NCBI GenBank assembly: GCA_963729895.1
Contig: CAVSQB010000012.1
Location: forward strand, 1-64,000
From: an uncultured Fibrobacterota bacterium
Lineage (GTDB): Bacteria > Fibrobacterota > Chitinivibrionia > Chitinivibrionales > FEN-1185
Length of the DNA: 64,000 bases
Reading direction: 5' to 3'
A program made the translations under genes and the position numbers. Positions 47,217 through 57,229 of the stretch are shown here, piece by piece (positions within the stretch are counted from its first letter, which is position 1; every line of letters begins with the position of its first letter). Under the pieces are notes generated by a model. It made no database searches. It was not told where the DNA came from and was given only the letters and a program-made list of their open reading frames with translations.

Positions 47217-48338
47217 CTATTTCCTGACCTTTGCTCCGACCGGTTTCTTGTTGCTCTTCTTTAACGCGGGCTTGGCCTTTGCGGCCGCCGGCTCGGGCTT
47301 CTTCTCCGGAATGCCGCGCAGGGCATTCACGCTCCTGTCCACATTGTCGATGTTATATTTGTAAACAAGGAACGTTGCGGGTTTCTCCGGCGTGCGCACC
47401 CATCGTTTGCCTTCGGATCCTTTCTCGTTGCCCACGAGAACCGTCTTCTTGTCCCCGTTCTCAAATGAAAGCGTAACCCGCAGGTACGGCTTGGAAAATC
47501 CAAGGCTATCCGGGGAAAGTGCGGCGTTTTCTTCGAAGTCCGACGCGGAGAAATTTGCAAGGGTGTTGAGGATTTTGTCCACCTCGGAATTTTTCGCGCT
47601 GTCTTTCACCGGCGACACGATGTTCCACACGGGACGCGCCGCGCTGTCCTTTGGAGAAGGCGCCGCGAGCGACAACACAATGGAGGCGCTGTCGCGCTTG
47701 GCAATTTCTATGCCCTTCACAAAAGAGCGGTCGAATTTGGTGATGATCTTGTTTTTCCATTTGGACCTGTCGGTAAAGAGCGAGTACTTGAGGCTTCCGC
47801 CGGCGAGGTAGACGTCGTCCGAGCCTTTCATGCGGACAAAGTTGGAGCTCCAGTCTGCGCCGTTTTTCCCTATATAGAACGTGCCGATGGGCGCCAGCTT
47901 TTCGTTGTACACGGTTACTTTCGTCCCCTGAATAGTATCCACTTCGAGCTCGACCTGTTTCTGCGGATTCTGAGAAATGAGGTCCTCTTTCTTCAAAGCC
48001 TTCAGTTTGTCGATAGCCGTCTGAATAAAAGCGCTGTCTGCGGGATATTCGGAAATCTTCCTGACTTTCCCTGACGTGTCGGCAGAAAGGAACGACGGCG
48101 CCGCGTTGTCCGAGGGCCTGCCGTTCGCTACCACCCAATCCTTGCCTCTGTGGACAAGAAATACCGAATCTTTCTGATCGCTCACTGAGATCATGCCGCA
48201 ACCGGCTTCGGAGAACTGGGGGAACCAGGCGAGCGACTGTTCCGACGGCCGCTTGTTGCTCAACTGGTTTGCAACGATTATGATGCCGATAATCACGGCA
48301 AGAATAACCGCAAGCAAAGGTAGATGCTTCATATTCAT
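47217..48338 (-). CDS. DUF4340-domain protein (Gld-like ABC operon accessory)
   Basis: N-terminal anchor, two repeated domains (YPAD..., LGF.KP.LRV), last gene of the operon. Confidence 0.75.
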   Translation of the reverse strand: MNMKHLPLLAVILAVIIGIIIVANQLSNKRPSEQSLAWFPQFSEAGCGMISVSDQKDSVFLVHRGKDWVVANGRPSDNAAPSFLSADTSGKVRKISEYPADSAFIQTAIDKLKALKKEDLISQNPQKQVELEVDTIQGTKVTVYNEKLAPIGTFYIGKNGADWSSNFVRMKGSDDVYLAGGSLKYSLFTDRSKWKNKIITKFDRSFVKGIEIAKRDSASIVLSLAAPSPKDSAARPVWNIVSPVKDSAKNSEVDKILNTLANFSASDFEENAALSPDSLGFSKPYLRVTLSFENGDKKTVLVGNEKGSEGKRWVRTPEKPATFLVYKYNIDNVDRSVNALRGIPEKKPEPAAAKAKPALKKSNKKPVGAKVRK

Positions 48339-50086
48339 TTGGCTTTCTCCTCCGTTTTTTCTGGGATTGCGGGTGCCGCGACCAGTTCGCGCCGCCCGAA
48401 GAAGATAATGAGGCCAACAATTATCACGAGCACGGGCATGAGAAGGATATTGGTGTACCTGATGAAATTCGACATGGAGGAACCTTCCTTGAGGTTATCC
48501 TTCGAAATGGTCCGGTCCACCATGGTGCGCGTGCGGATACTAATGAGATTGTCGTTGGTCGAGAGCCAATCCACGATGTTCAGAAGGAACGTTACGTTGC
48601 CTTCCATGGCAAATTGGCCGGTGAGAAAGGCAGATTCGCCGATCACAACCAGGTGGCGGCCTTTGTTCTCCGTTACAATAGTGCGGTTCTTGGCGGAAGT
48701 GTCTGAAAACAAGGAAATCTTGTGAAGGGAATCCGAGGCTGCGCCGATGTCCGGTTCCTTGACCGGAGGTACTTGTTTTCCGGCGAAGTAGCTCTTGAAA
48801 TCTCCATCGAGATACACGGCGAGGTTGCTCTGCTTGAAACCCTGAGGGGGCGTAGTCCATTTCTGCTGCGGGTTTAGATCGAACCCGCCTCCCACCACCC
48901 AGCTTTTCGGCGAAGACTTGATGAGTACGGTCCCGAACACCGAGCCCGAGTCTTTTGCGTTCTTGGCGCCTTTCTCAGGAACCAAGAGCGTTACCGGACT
49001 CACCCAGGGAAGAACCATTTCATTCAGCGTGGATACGGCAGGATTGTTCTGGTTAAGATCCTCGCGGATCACCCTCACAAAATAGGGGTAGCTCATTGCC
49101 ACATTCATCTGGAACGGACCAACTTTTTGCGGGATCTGGACCTGGCCGCAGGCAGCGTCGCACACAAGACTATGCTCCACACGGGCACCGTAATGCTCCA
49201 GGAGTTTAAGGATTCCCGGGTCCTGCGGGGCGGCAAAGGCGCCGTACTGGAAGCTCACGCGGATCGCGTCCGGACATACGATGAGCGCACCGCCCTTCAT
49301 AAAGTACTGGTCGATTTCGAAAAGCATCCGGTTTGTGAATTTTGTCCCGCCGGGAATTATGAGTGTCTTTATGTCGGAGTCCACGGGTTTTCCATCGGAA
49401 ACATTGACGGTCTCAACCGTATAGTTCTTTTCAAGGTTTTCGAAAATGGGTTTGTATTTCTCGTGGACTTCCTCCGGGTTGTTCGGCATCTGCTGGCTGT
49501 ATTGCGGAGGAATAAAGGGAAGCGTATCGGTCTTGAGTACGCCTATTTTCGGGTTTTCCTTTCTCGACACCTTTTGGATCGCCTGCGTAAGGTCGTACTC
49601 GAGATTGGTGAGGTTCTGAACCACCGGCATAACTTCCTTTTTTGCGCCGTACAATACTGCAATACCCATGAACGCATTGACAACCTGCGCCTTGTCTTTC
49701 TCGTAGGACTGCATCTGCAGCTCGGGAATGCCCATCTGCGTAACCTTGCGTTTTTCCTCCTCGCTCTTTGTCGGGTCTTCGTAGGAGATTTGCAGGTTCC
49801 TGCCCGCATAGGCCTTGTATTCCGACAGCATGTCGTGCACGTCCGATTCAAGCGTTCTCACGTTGACCGGCAGGTTTTTCGAAAAATAGACCTTGACGCT
49901 TACGATGTCGTCGAGTTTCCTGAGCACATTCTTGGTAGCCTTGGAAATGCTGTACATCTTCTTTTCGGTGAGATCGGCGCGCACAAAAACCTTGGTCGAA
50001 AGGTAGTTGGCAACGCAGATGAAGCCGAAGATGACAAGCGCGTAGATGACGAGTTGCGAGCTGTTCCTTATTCTTCTGTTTTCCAT
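48335..50086 (-). CDS. GldG-family ABC auxiliary protein
   Basis: RADLTEKKMYSIS, LEYDLT, IDQYFMKGG, FLLNIVDWL..LISIR. Confidence 0.88.
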   Translation of the reverse strand: MENRRIRNSSQLVIYALVIFGFICVANYLSTKVFVRADLTEKKMYSISKATKNVLRKLDDIVSVKVYFSKNLPVNVRTLESDVHDMLSEYKAYAGRNLQISYEDPTKSEEEKRKVTQMGIPELQMQSYEKDKAQVVNAFMGIAVLYGAKKEVMPVVQNLTNLEYDLTQAIQKVSRKENPKIGVLKTDTLPFIPPQYSQQMPNNPEEVHEKYKPIFENLEKNYTVETVNVSDGKPVDSDIKTLIIPGGTKFTNRMLFEIDQYFMKGGALIVCPDAIRVSFQYGAFAAPQDPGILKLLEHYGARVEHSLVCDAACGQVQIPQKVGPFQMNVAMSYPYFVRVIREDLNQNNPAVSTLNEMVLPWVSPVTLLVPEKGAKNAKDSGSVFGTVLIKSSPKSWVVGGGFDLNPQQKWTTPPQGFKQSNLAVYLDGDFKSYFAGKQVPPVKEPDIGAASDSLHKISLFSDTSAKNRTIVTENKGRHLVVIGESAFLTGQFAMEGNVTFLLNIVDWLSTNDNLISIRTRTMVDRTISKDNLKEGSSMSNFIRYTNILLMPVLVIIVGLIIFFGRRELVAAPAIPEKTEEKAK

Positions 50087-50090
50087 GGTA

Positions 50091-50807
50091 TTACTCCCAC
50101 TTCCTGCTGCCGAGCGAGCAGATATTCAAGAAAAGAAAGAAACCGATAACCGACAGATAATAGATAATGTCCCTGCTGTCTATGACGCCGCGGCTGATGC
50201 TTTCAAAATGGCTCCCGAGTCCCGCATAGGTAAAGAGGGGAGCGAGCACCGAGGGCAGCACCATCGTGACGAACGGAGTGCTGATAATGAACAGCACAAA
50301 GGTTACGACGACGCCGACGATAAAGGCGACGATCTGGTTTTCGGTCATGGACGACACCCACAAACCTATTGCAAGGTAGGCTGCTCCCAGGAGCAAGGCG
50401 CCGAGATATTGCCCCACAATCTGGCCTCCGTCCGGGTGGCCGATGATCGCAATGGTTATGGGAATGGATACCGATAGAAGAACCACGATTGCAAGAAGCG
50501 CAAAGCTTGCGAAGAATTTGCCGAGAACGACTTCGACGTCGCTCACAGGCCACGTCAGCAGCAGTTCAAGGGTTTTCACTTTTTTCTCTTCCGCCCACGT
50601 TCTCATGGTTATTGCGGGGACAAAGAACAGAAACACCCATGGCAGCAGGTCGAAGTAGCCGCGCATATCCGCCTGGTTGATAATGAAGAAGCCCTGGAAG
50701 AAAAGAAACGTTGTGGTGATCAGGTACACGGTTATAAATATGTACGCAATGGGCGACAAGAAGTATGTCTTGAATTCCTTTTTGAAGATGGCCGAGATGT
50801 TTTGCAT
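50091..50807 (-). CDS. GldF-like ABC permease
   Basis: KKEFKTYFLSPIAY, PAITMR..AEEK...LELLLT.P, ENQIVA, RGVIDSRD. Confidence 0.9.
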   Translation of the reverse strand: MQNISAIFKKEFKTYFLSPIAYIFITVYLITTTFLFFQGFFIINQADMRGYFDLLPWVFLFFVPAITMRTWAEEKKVKTLELLLTWPVSDVEVVLGKFFASFALLAIVVLLSVSIPITIAIIGHPDGGQIVGQYLGALLLGAAYLAIGLWVSSMTENQIVAFIVGVVVTFVLFIISTPFVTMVLPSVLAPLFTYAGLGSHFESISRGVIDSRDIIYYLSVIGFFLFLNICSLGSRKWE

Positions 50808-50811
50808 GGTC

Positions 50812-51759
50812 CTAACCCCTTGTGAGTTGTGTAAAAACGTCTTCGAGGCTCGCCGAATGCCGTTTGAGTTCGGCCAGGCTCCAGCCGTTCTCGGAGACGC
50901 ATTTGTATATCTTCTCCCCAATGTCTTCTTTGCCCGTCGTGACGGACGCCTCAAGCCATTCGCCGGCTTCGTGGACAATGACGCCCGTTACGCCGTCGAT
51001 GGCGGAAAGTTTCGATTGCACCGAGGCCTTGTCGCCCTTCACTTTGAGGGTAAAGCCGCTGGATGTCGAAGCGCCGGCGGTAAGTTCGTCGGGCGTTCCG
51101 GCGGCCACAATGGCTCCTTCATTGATGATCAGGATCCGGTTGCAGGTTGCGGCCACTTCCGAAAGGATATGCGAGCAATAGATCACCGTTTTTTCTTCGC
51201 CCATTTTCTTGATGAGCTGACGAATCTCGATGATCTGGTTCGGGTCAAGGCCGGACATGGGTTCGTCGAGGATCAGAAGATCGGGGTTGTGGAGCATGGC
51301 TTGCGCCAGCCCGACGCGTTGTTTGAACCCTTTTGAAAGCTTCCCGATCTGGCGGTTCTCCATCTTCGTGAGGCCGCACACCTGAAACATCTCGCTGATG
51401 CGGTTTGAAAGACGCCCGCCGGTCTGGCCCCGGATTTCGCCGGCGAACTTCAGATATTCGCGGACCGTCATATCGAAATACAATGGATTGTTCTCCGGCA
51501 GATACCCGATCCTTTTTCGCACTTCAAGATCGTGCTCCACCGTGTCCATGCCGCACACTTTTACGGTTCCGCTTGACGCCGGGATAAAGCAGGTGATGAT
51601 GCGCATGGTAGTTGTTTTGCCCGCCCCGTTCGGACCCAAAAAGCCCAGAACTTCGCCTTTCTTCACTTCAAAGGTGAGGTTCTTTACGGCCTGGACGCTG
51701 CCAAATCTCTTGCAGAGGCTTGTTACCTCAAGCATAACCGAATCGTTTGCCGGACTCAT
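50812..51759 (-). CDS. GldA-like ABC ATP-binding protein
   Basis: GPNGAGKTT, LSKGFKQRVG, ILDEP..GLDPNQ, SHIL. Confidence 0.93.
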   Translation of the reverse strand: MSPANDSVMLEVTSLCKRFGSVQAVKNLTFEVKKGEVLGFLGPNGAGKTTTMRIITCFIPASSGTVKVCGMDTVEHDLEVRKRIGYLPENNPLYFDMTVREYLKFAGEIRGQTGGRLSNRISEMFQVCGLTKMENRQIGKLSKGFKQRVGLAQAMLHNPDLLILDEPMSGLDPNQIIEIRQLIKKMGEEKTVIYCSHILSEVAATCNRILIINEGAIVAAGTPDELTAGASTSSGFTLKVKGDKASVQSKLSAIDGVTGVIVHEAGEWLEASVTTGKEDIGEKIYKCVSENGWSLAELKRHSASLEDVFTQLTRG

Positions 51760-52142
51760 AGTGCACCGCCGTGGAAAAGTGAAATCATAATGCCCCCTTG
51801 CATGTATTCCTGATATTGTTTGGAATCTCCATTCACGGAAACAACGGCTTTCGTAAGGCGCAGCAGCGTTGGAAACCGCGGCTTTTTGACCGCCGCAGGC
51901 CGGCTCCCAATTTTGAGAAGCTTAAATATGAATATTTGAAAGGCATGGTGTCAAGACAAGTAATAGCATGCCATTCTATATGGCACACAAGGATGGTTAC
52001 TACGCTCCGGCATAAAAAATATTGCCTTGAGAAGTTGCATGGATAAGGTGCGCCAGGTTGCTTCCGGTTTCCAGTACCGCGGTTTTCATTTCTTGACTCG
52101 GTGCAGCCATCTTCCTATTTTATTCGGGCGACAGGAGGATTT

Positions 52143-52916
52143 GTGGACAAGGGTCTTCTTTCCAACTACGAGCTGTATTACGAATCCGCCTCCGTCATCC
52201 CGCAACAACGTGACAAAGAGGAAGTAGCTCGGTTTGCGGGGATCGCGGAATCCATCGGCGAAGGCCTTGAGGTGCTCGACATAGGCTGCGCCGAAGGTTT
52301 GCTGTCCGTCGCACTTGCGCTCAAGGGACACAAGGTCACGGCCGCAGATATTTCCAGATCGTTTCTTGAGCAGGCGGATGAACTTGCACGGCAGGTGAAC
52401 GCAGGGATTTCCACCGTTCTGCTTGATGTCGAAAGCGATCCGCCGAAGGAACTGGAAAACTCGTTCGACCTGATTTATTTCATGGATGTCATTGAACATC
52501 TCAGGTGTCCGGCCCGCGGCCTGGTAACAATACGCGCGTTGCTTAAGGAAAGCGGAACGCTGGTCATTCATACGCCCAACCTATGCTCGCTGGGGCAAGT
52601 GTACCGATATGTCAAGTTCCGCAACAGGAGAGAGAATTATTTTGAACCGGAAAACCTTGGAGATCTGCATTTACAGGGGTACGATTATCAAACTCTCGAA
52701 AAGGCGCTTAATTTTGCAGGTTTGCAGATTAGAGATGTGATTCCCACGAGCATCAGTCTGCCCATCGTTTACAGATTCGGATGGTCGCGCCCCATTTCTC
52801 GATCTCTGTCAGGGTTTTTCCCCTTCATCTCTGACACGCTTCTCGTGACGTGCAAGAAAGTTTCGCCCGTGGATCTCGAGAAACAGATTGCCTATTGGAA
52901 AAAGACGCGCGGATAG
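52143..52916 (+). CDS. Class I SAM-dependent methyltransferase
   Basis: VLDIGCAEG, DVIEHL, TPN; AGGAGG RBS before a GTG start; TTGACT-17-TATTTT at 52093-52121. Confidence 0.9.
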   Translation: MDKGLLSNYELYYESASVIPQQRDKEEVARFAGIAESIGEGLEVLDIGCAEGLLSVALALKGHKVTAADISRSFLEQADELARQVNAGISTVLLDVESDPPKELENSFDLIYFMDVIEHLRCPARGLVTIRALLKESGTLVIHTPNLCSLGQVYRYVKFRNRRENYFEPENLGDLHLQGYDYQTLEKALNFAGLQIRDVIPTSISLPIVYRFGWSRPISRSLSGFFPFISDTLLVTCKKVSPVDLEKQIAYWKKTRG

Positions 52917-52970
52917 GCAACGCGCTCTTGTTCGCTTGTATGCCGCAGCCGGCGGCTTTCCCGGGCGGGG

Positions 52971-53147
52971 CTATTCGCCTTCCTTCTTCTTTGCGTCCTG
53001 GATCTGGATCCGTATTTCCTGGCAGATCTTCTTGATGTTCTGAAGGTTTTTTCTGGCCCTGGTACCCGCAGACTTGTTGCCTCGTTCGAATTTCTCGAAT
53101 TCGGCTTTCAGTAATTCAATTTCGTCAAGTAGTTTCTGAAGACTCAT
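52971..53147 (-). CDS. Histone H1-like / Hc1-family small basic protein (58 aa, not in the ORF track)
   Basis: MSLQKLLDEIELLKAEFEKFERGNKSAGTRARKNLQNIKKICQEIRIQIQDAKKKEGE; AAGGAG RBS; GNKxAGTRARK signature. Confidence 0.88.
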   Translation of the reverse strand: MSLQKLLDEIELLKAEFEKFERGNKSAGTRARKNLQNIKKICQEIRIQIQDAKKKEGE

Positions 53148-53375
53148 CCGTCTGCTCCTTTTATGGTGTGGAAGAACAAGACCCTTCGTGTTTATTATTA
53201 CTCCGGCAGTAATACGCGCCCAAAATTGGCGGCCGCTGTACTATGAAATCGATGCTTTGTTTTGTGCATATTTAGTTGCCGGAGTAATAAATAAATTGCG
53301 CCTTGTTCGTGCGCTAAAGAATTTCTTCTGCAGTCCTGGAGAAAAGTACGCAAGCCTCGCGGGGAAGGGGTCGAA

Positions 53376-54263
53376 TTAGAATGGCTTGTCGCAAAGAAAA
53401 TAGGACCCGGCAGGGAAGAAAGTGCTCTTGAGAAACGGAAATTTGTCTGCAAGCTCGCCAAAAAGCAGGGTTCGCAAGAAAGGTTCCCGTCGTTTCTTTT
53501 CAACAACCGCGGTGCTCTTGGCAAGCCCCAAGTACGTCTTGAGATAATCGCCGGCATCGTCAAAGCTTCCAAGCGTGTCCACGAGCCGGGCGCGGAGGGC
53601 TTGCTTTCCGGTCATTATTCTGCCGTCGGCAATAAGTCGCAGCGAATCGGCATCAAGGGATCGCGCCCTGGAGACGTCGCTGATGAACTGATTGTGAATG
53701 TCGGTAAGAATGTCCTGAAAGAGTTTCTTCTCCTGTACCGTCATGTCGCGTTGAGGACTGCCCATGTCTTTCACGTCACCGGATTTCAGCACCTGCATCG
53801 ATATTCCCAGTTTGTCCATGAGCTTGAAATACTGCGGGAACCTGAAGATAACCCCGATGCTGGCGGTTATCGTACCGGGATTGGCGAATATTTTCTGGGC
53901 AGGGCACGCAACATAATAACCGCCCGAAGCTGCGACATTGCCCAGACTGGCCACGAGCGGCTTCTTTGCAACACGGAATTTCATCACTTCGCTGAAGATT
54001 TCCTGCGACGGGGCAACCGCCCCTCCGGGCGAGTCGACGCGAAGCAGGACCCCCGCAATGGCGTCGTCTTCCCGGAGCGCTCGGAGTTCTTTCACCGTGG
54101 CTTCGGACGAAAGGATCACATCGGTTATTTCCACGAGCCCGATCTTCTTGAAGGCCCTGGAGGGCATGGTCGAGGGCGCGGCATGTGCGATCAGCAGCCA
54201 CAATCCGAAAAGGACCGGGAGGCAGCAGACGGCGATAACCAAAATTCGCTGGCTTTTTGTCAC
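53376..54263 (-). CDS. sppA: Signal peptide peptidase SppA (S49, short form)
   Basis: RVDSPGG, AASGGYYVA, TITASIGV, KSG..KD, ADGRI.TG.QA. Confidence 0.93.
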   Translation of the reverse strand: MTKSQRILVIAVCCLPVLFGLWLLIAHAAPSTMPSRAFKKIGLVEITDVILSSEATVKELRALREDDAIAGVLLRVDSPGGAVAPSQEIFSEVMKFRVAKKPLVASLGNVAASGGYYVACPAQKIFANPGTITASIGVIFRFPQYFKLMDKLGISMQVLKSGDVKDMGSPQRDMTVQEKKLFQDILTDIHNQFISDVSRARSLDADSLRLIADGRIMTGKQALRARLVDTLGSFDDAGDYLKTYLGLAKSTAVVEKKRREPFLRTLLFGELADKFPFLKSTFFPAGSYFLCDKPF

Positions 54264-56425
54264 GGGTGCTCCCCATTTGACGCGACGGTTGCGGGATAAG
54301 ACTTTGAAGCGCCCGAAGAAATTCGCTTCGAAACGGGTATTCTGATGAGGTCGCCGGCCTTGATCACCGACGACTGCGCAAGGTTATTCGCGTGCCGGAT
54401 GTCGGTTACGGTCACCGAAAACGATGAGGCAAGGGAATACAGGTTATCTCCCTTGCACACTCTGTAGAACAGCGTATCCGGCTGGCGGGACCTTGCAGCG
54501 ACGCGATGTTCCCGATCATAAAGTAAATTTTGGCCTGCAAAAATAACCGGATTGTTTGAGTCCATCCCGTTCCGCGTAATAAGGTCGCTCACGGACACCG
54601 AGAGCTTCCGCGAGATGGCAAACAATGTTTCACCCCTCAAGACCCGGTACTTTGCAAAAGAAGAACTCTGTCCCGCCGGCGGGCTTGATACTCGAGGCGA
54701 GGCGACGGTGGCGGTTGTGCGCGTCTTCCCGGGGTGCAGAACAAGGCACTGGCCGGCCTTTACGCGTTGGTCGGCGAGATTGTTCCAGGTGCAAATGTCA
54801 CCCGCGGAGACATGGAAAAGGTCGGCGAGTTCCCACACGGTGTCGCCCGACCTCACCCGGTACCGAACCACGCCGTTTTTGCCGGGCTTCTGCGCTTCGG
54901 ACGATTCATTGTGTTTCAGATCTTCGGCAATTGCGTATGCCTGGGCGGTAGACATGTGAATGGGAATCGGAATCAGCACATGTCGGCCCTCGGCAAGACG
55001 GCACGCATCGTTAAAACCATTGATCGATTTAACAGCCTCAAGCGGGACTTTGAATTGCCGCGCAATTGAAGATAGGTTCTCTCCAGGTTTCACCTGATAG
55101 CCATACCAGACAACCTTGAACGCTTCCGGATGCCTGTTTAGTGCCTGTGCAAGGCGGGATTTGAGGCCTTTGGGAAGATACAGGTGTACTTGGGAAAGCG
55201 CCGGCGGCGTGCACCAGTGAAGGAGATGAGGGTTCATCGCGCGCAGGTCCGTCGCGGGAATTCCCAGAGAGTCCGCAACCGATTGAATATTGATGCATTC
55301 GTCAATGAGCATGGTGTCGAGATCAAACGTGTCGCTGCGGGCGAGCGCGTAGCCGAAACAACCGGGGTTTTTGGCTACGATAATGGCCGAAATGAACTCA
55401 GGAACATAGTTTCTTGTTTCGCGAGGCAGGCAAAGACGCCAGAAACTGGAAGAAGAGGACTTGCCCAGGGCGCTTGCAACGCCGTTTTCCCCGCAATTGT
55501 ATGCGGCGATGGCAAGCTGCCAGTCGCCGAACTGGTCGTACAACTTCTTGAGGTATCTGATTGCGGCCTTGGTAGACTGCACCAAGTCGCGCCGTTCGTC
55601 GATCCAGTAGTTCTTCCTGAGGCCGTACCGAGTGCCGGTTGATGCAATGAACTGCCACATGCCGGATGCGTGCCTGCGGGAGTAGGCGCATGGTTCAAAT
55701 CCGCTTTCAACAAGCGGCAGGTACGAAAGGTCCGTCGGAAGGCCGCTGTCGGCAAACATGCGTTCCATGAACGGCTGGTAGTACGCGGAGCGCGTCAGCC
55801 ACTTGTCCAGGGAACCTTTTTTGGAGCGCGCAAAAAAACAGAGCGAACGGTAGACCTTGTCATTCCAGAGAATGGGGAAGTTGTACGAAATTCCCTTCTG
55901 ACACACAAGTTTTTTGAGCACGATGCTGTCGCCGGGAGACAGCCTGAGCGTGTCCAGAGACTGGGACAATTGCCTTTGGAATACCAGCATCGAAATTTCG
56001 TCGGGAATGCTGTCCGCGTATTCCGGAGGCATCTCTTCCGCGTAGACACGCGCCGCCTCGTTGGAATAGTTTTCCGCGTCGGGCCACGACCTGTCATCCC
56101 CTTCCTTTTCCTTGATTGATGCGAGTGCTTTTCGGAGAAGAATGTGCGCCTCTCCAAAACTGTCGGCTTTGCAGGCGCTTTTCGCACTCTCGAGAAGAAA
56201 ATCTATTTCGGAACATTCCGGTGCGTTTGGTACACCGGTGCCATACTTGTCCACAAAGCTGTCGGCGTTTACTTCCGTGTCGCCGGGCACCAGCGGCACG
56301 GCGGCCGACTTCCAAACAGAGTCGGGTTTCAGGCTGACAAACGACCCTGACTGCATTCTTGTATGAAAAGCGCATCCGGTTATCGGCAGGAAGCATCCGG
56401 CGAAGACCAGACAGAACGTCCGCAT
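54260..56425 (-). CDS. MltD-like lytic transglycosylase lipoprotein with four LysM domains
   Basis: Lipobox ITGC, LVESGF, GMWQF, AAYNCGE, ETRNYVP, four YxVxxG(D/E)xL LysM repeats. Confidence 0.92.
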   Translation of the reverse strand: MRTFCLVFAGCFLPITGCAFHTRMQSGSFVSLKPDSVWKSAAVPLVPGDTEVNADSFVDKYGTGVPNAPECSEIDFLLESAKSACKADSFGEAHILLRKALASIKEKEGDDRSWPDAENYSNEAARVYAEEMPPEYADSIPDEISMLVFQRQLSQSLDTLRLSPGDSIVLKKLVCQKGISYNFPILWNDKVYRSLCFFARSKKGSLDKWLTRSAYYQPFMERMFADSGLPTDLSYLPLVESGFEPCAYSRRHASGMWQFIASTGTRYGLRKNYWIDERRDLVQSTKAAIRYLKKLYDQFGDWQLAIAAYNCGENGVASALGKSSSSSFWRLCLPRETRNYVPEFISAIIVAKNPGCFGYALARSDTFDLDTMLIDECINIQSVADSLGIPATDLRAMNPHLLHWCTPPALSQVHLYLPKGLKSRLAQALNRHPEAFKVVWYGYQVKPGENLSSIARQFKVPLEAVKSINGFNDACRLAEGRHVLIPIPIHMSTAQAYAIAEDLKHNESSEAQKPGKNGVVRYRVRSGDTVWELADLFHVSAGDICTWNNLADQRVKAGQCLVLHPGKTRTTATVASPRVSSPPAGQSSSFAKYRVLRGETLFAISRKLSVSVSDLITRNGMDSNNPVIFAGQNLLYDREHRVAARSRQPDTLFYRVCKGDNLYSLASSFSVTVTDIRHANNLAQSSVIKAGDLIRIPVSKRISSGASKSYPATVASNGEHP

Positions 56426-56788
56426 GATTCTCAGACAACCCGCCCTTGGGGAGTTCCGGGAAAGACATTCTCTTCTCGTCCGAAGCAGGTACGTCAAGAG
56501 CACCTCGCAGGCATGACGAATGCAACACATGCGCCTTCCGCACCGCAAACAATAGCGTCATCTGCCGACAGATCGAAAGCGGAACGCGCGTGGTTTCGAC
56601 TCTATTCCCTGCGTTAAAGTATATCACGCAGGCCAAAATAATGCAATAGTGGTGGAAAATGAATCCCGTTGCGAGCGAATTGCAGGCTGCTTATTGGGGC
56701 GTATTCCACAAGGGGACTTCAAAGGATCGCATCCGGTCCCCGAAGCTTGCTTCGGAGTTTTTCAATCAGGCAGGTGCTATTACAATTC

Positions 56789-57004
56789 TCAAGGCCTTTG
56801 TACCAAACTTGCATGGGGTTGAGGACGAAAAATTGCACTTTGAAGCAGGTAACCGTGTTTGGCCCTGCATTCCGATACTGCCGCGCGAACATTTTCTTCA
56901 ACATTCTGAAATCGTGATCCGCAATAGTTGATAAACATCCTCGTTTTCTGCGGACAGGAGTCGTGGTGCGGACATTGAGAACACGTAATTTTCATGCGCT
57001 GCAT
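56789..57004 (-). CDS. Small Cys-rich hypothetical protein
   Basis: GAGGAG RBS; CSQCPHHDSC...YC...EC. Confidence 0.55.
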   Translation of the reverse strand: MQRMKITCSQCPHHDSCPQKTRMFINYCGSRFQNVEENVRAAVSECRAKHGYLLQSAIFRPQPHASLVQRP

Positions 57005-57171
57005 TCTTCTCTCCTCCTCAGTGGAAAACGAATGATTTCTGAACCTCGTTCGGACTCAACTACGCTATTCTGCCCAATTCCATTATACCCAACAACCGCT
57101 TGTATGTCAAGAACTAAATTACCACAATAGATTGCATAATAGGCATCTTGTTTTGAATAAGTGCGTCACTA

Positions 57172-57229
57172 TTGAAGAATCCCGGCCCTCCGCGTCAAGT
57201 GCGGGGATTGCGCGGGCCGAGGCATTCAA
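57172..57229. repeat. Internally deleted copy of the TTGAA...TTCAA element
   Basis: TTGAAGAATCCC...CCGCGTCAAGTGCGGGGATTGCGCGGGCCGAGGCATTCAA matches both ends of 5480-5595. Confidence 0.7.
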
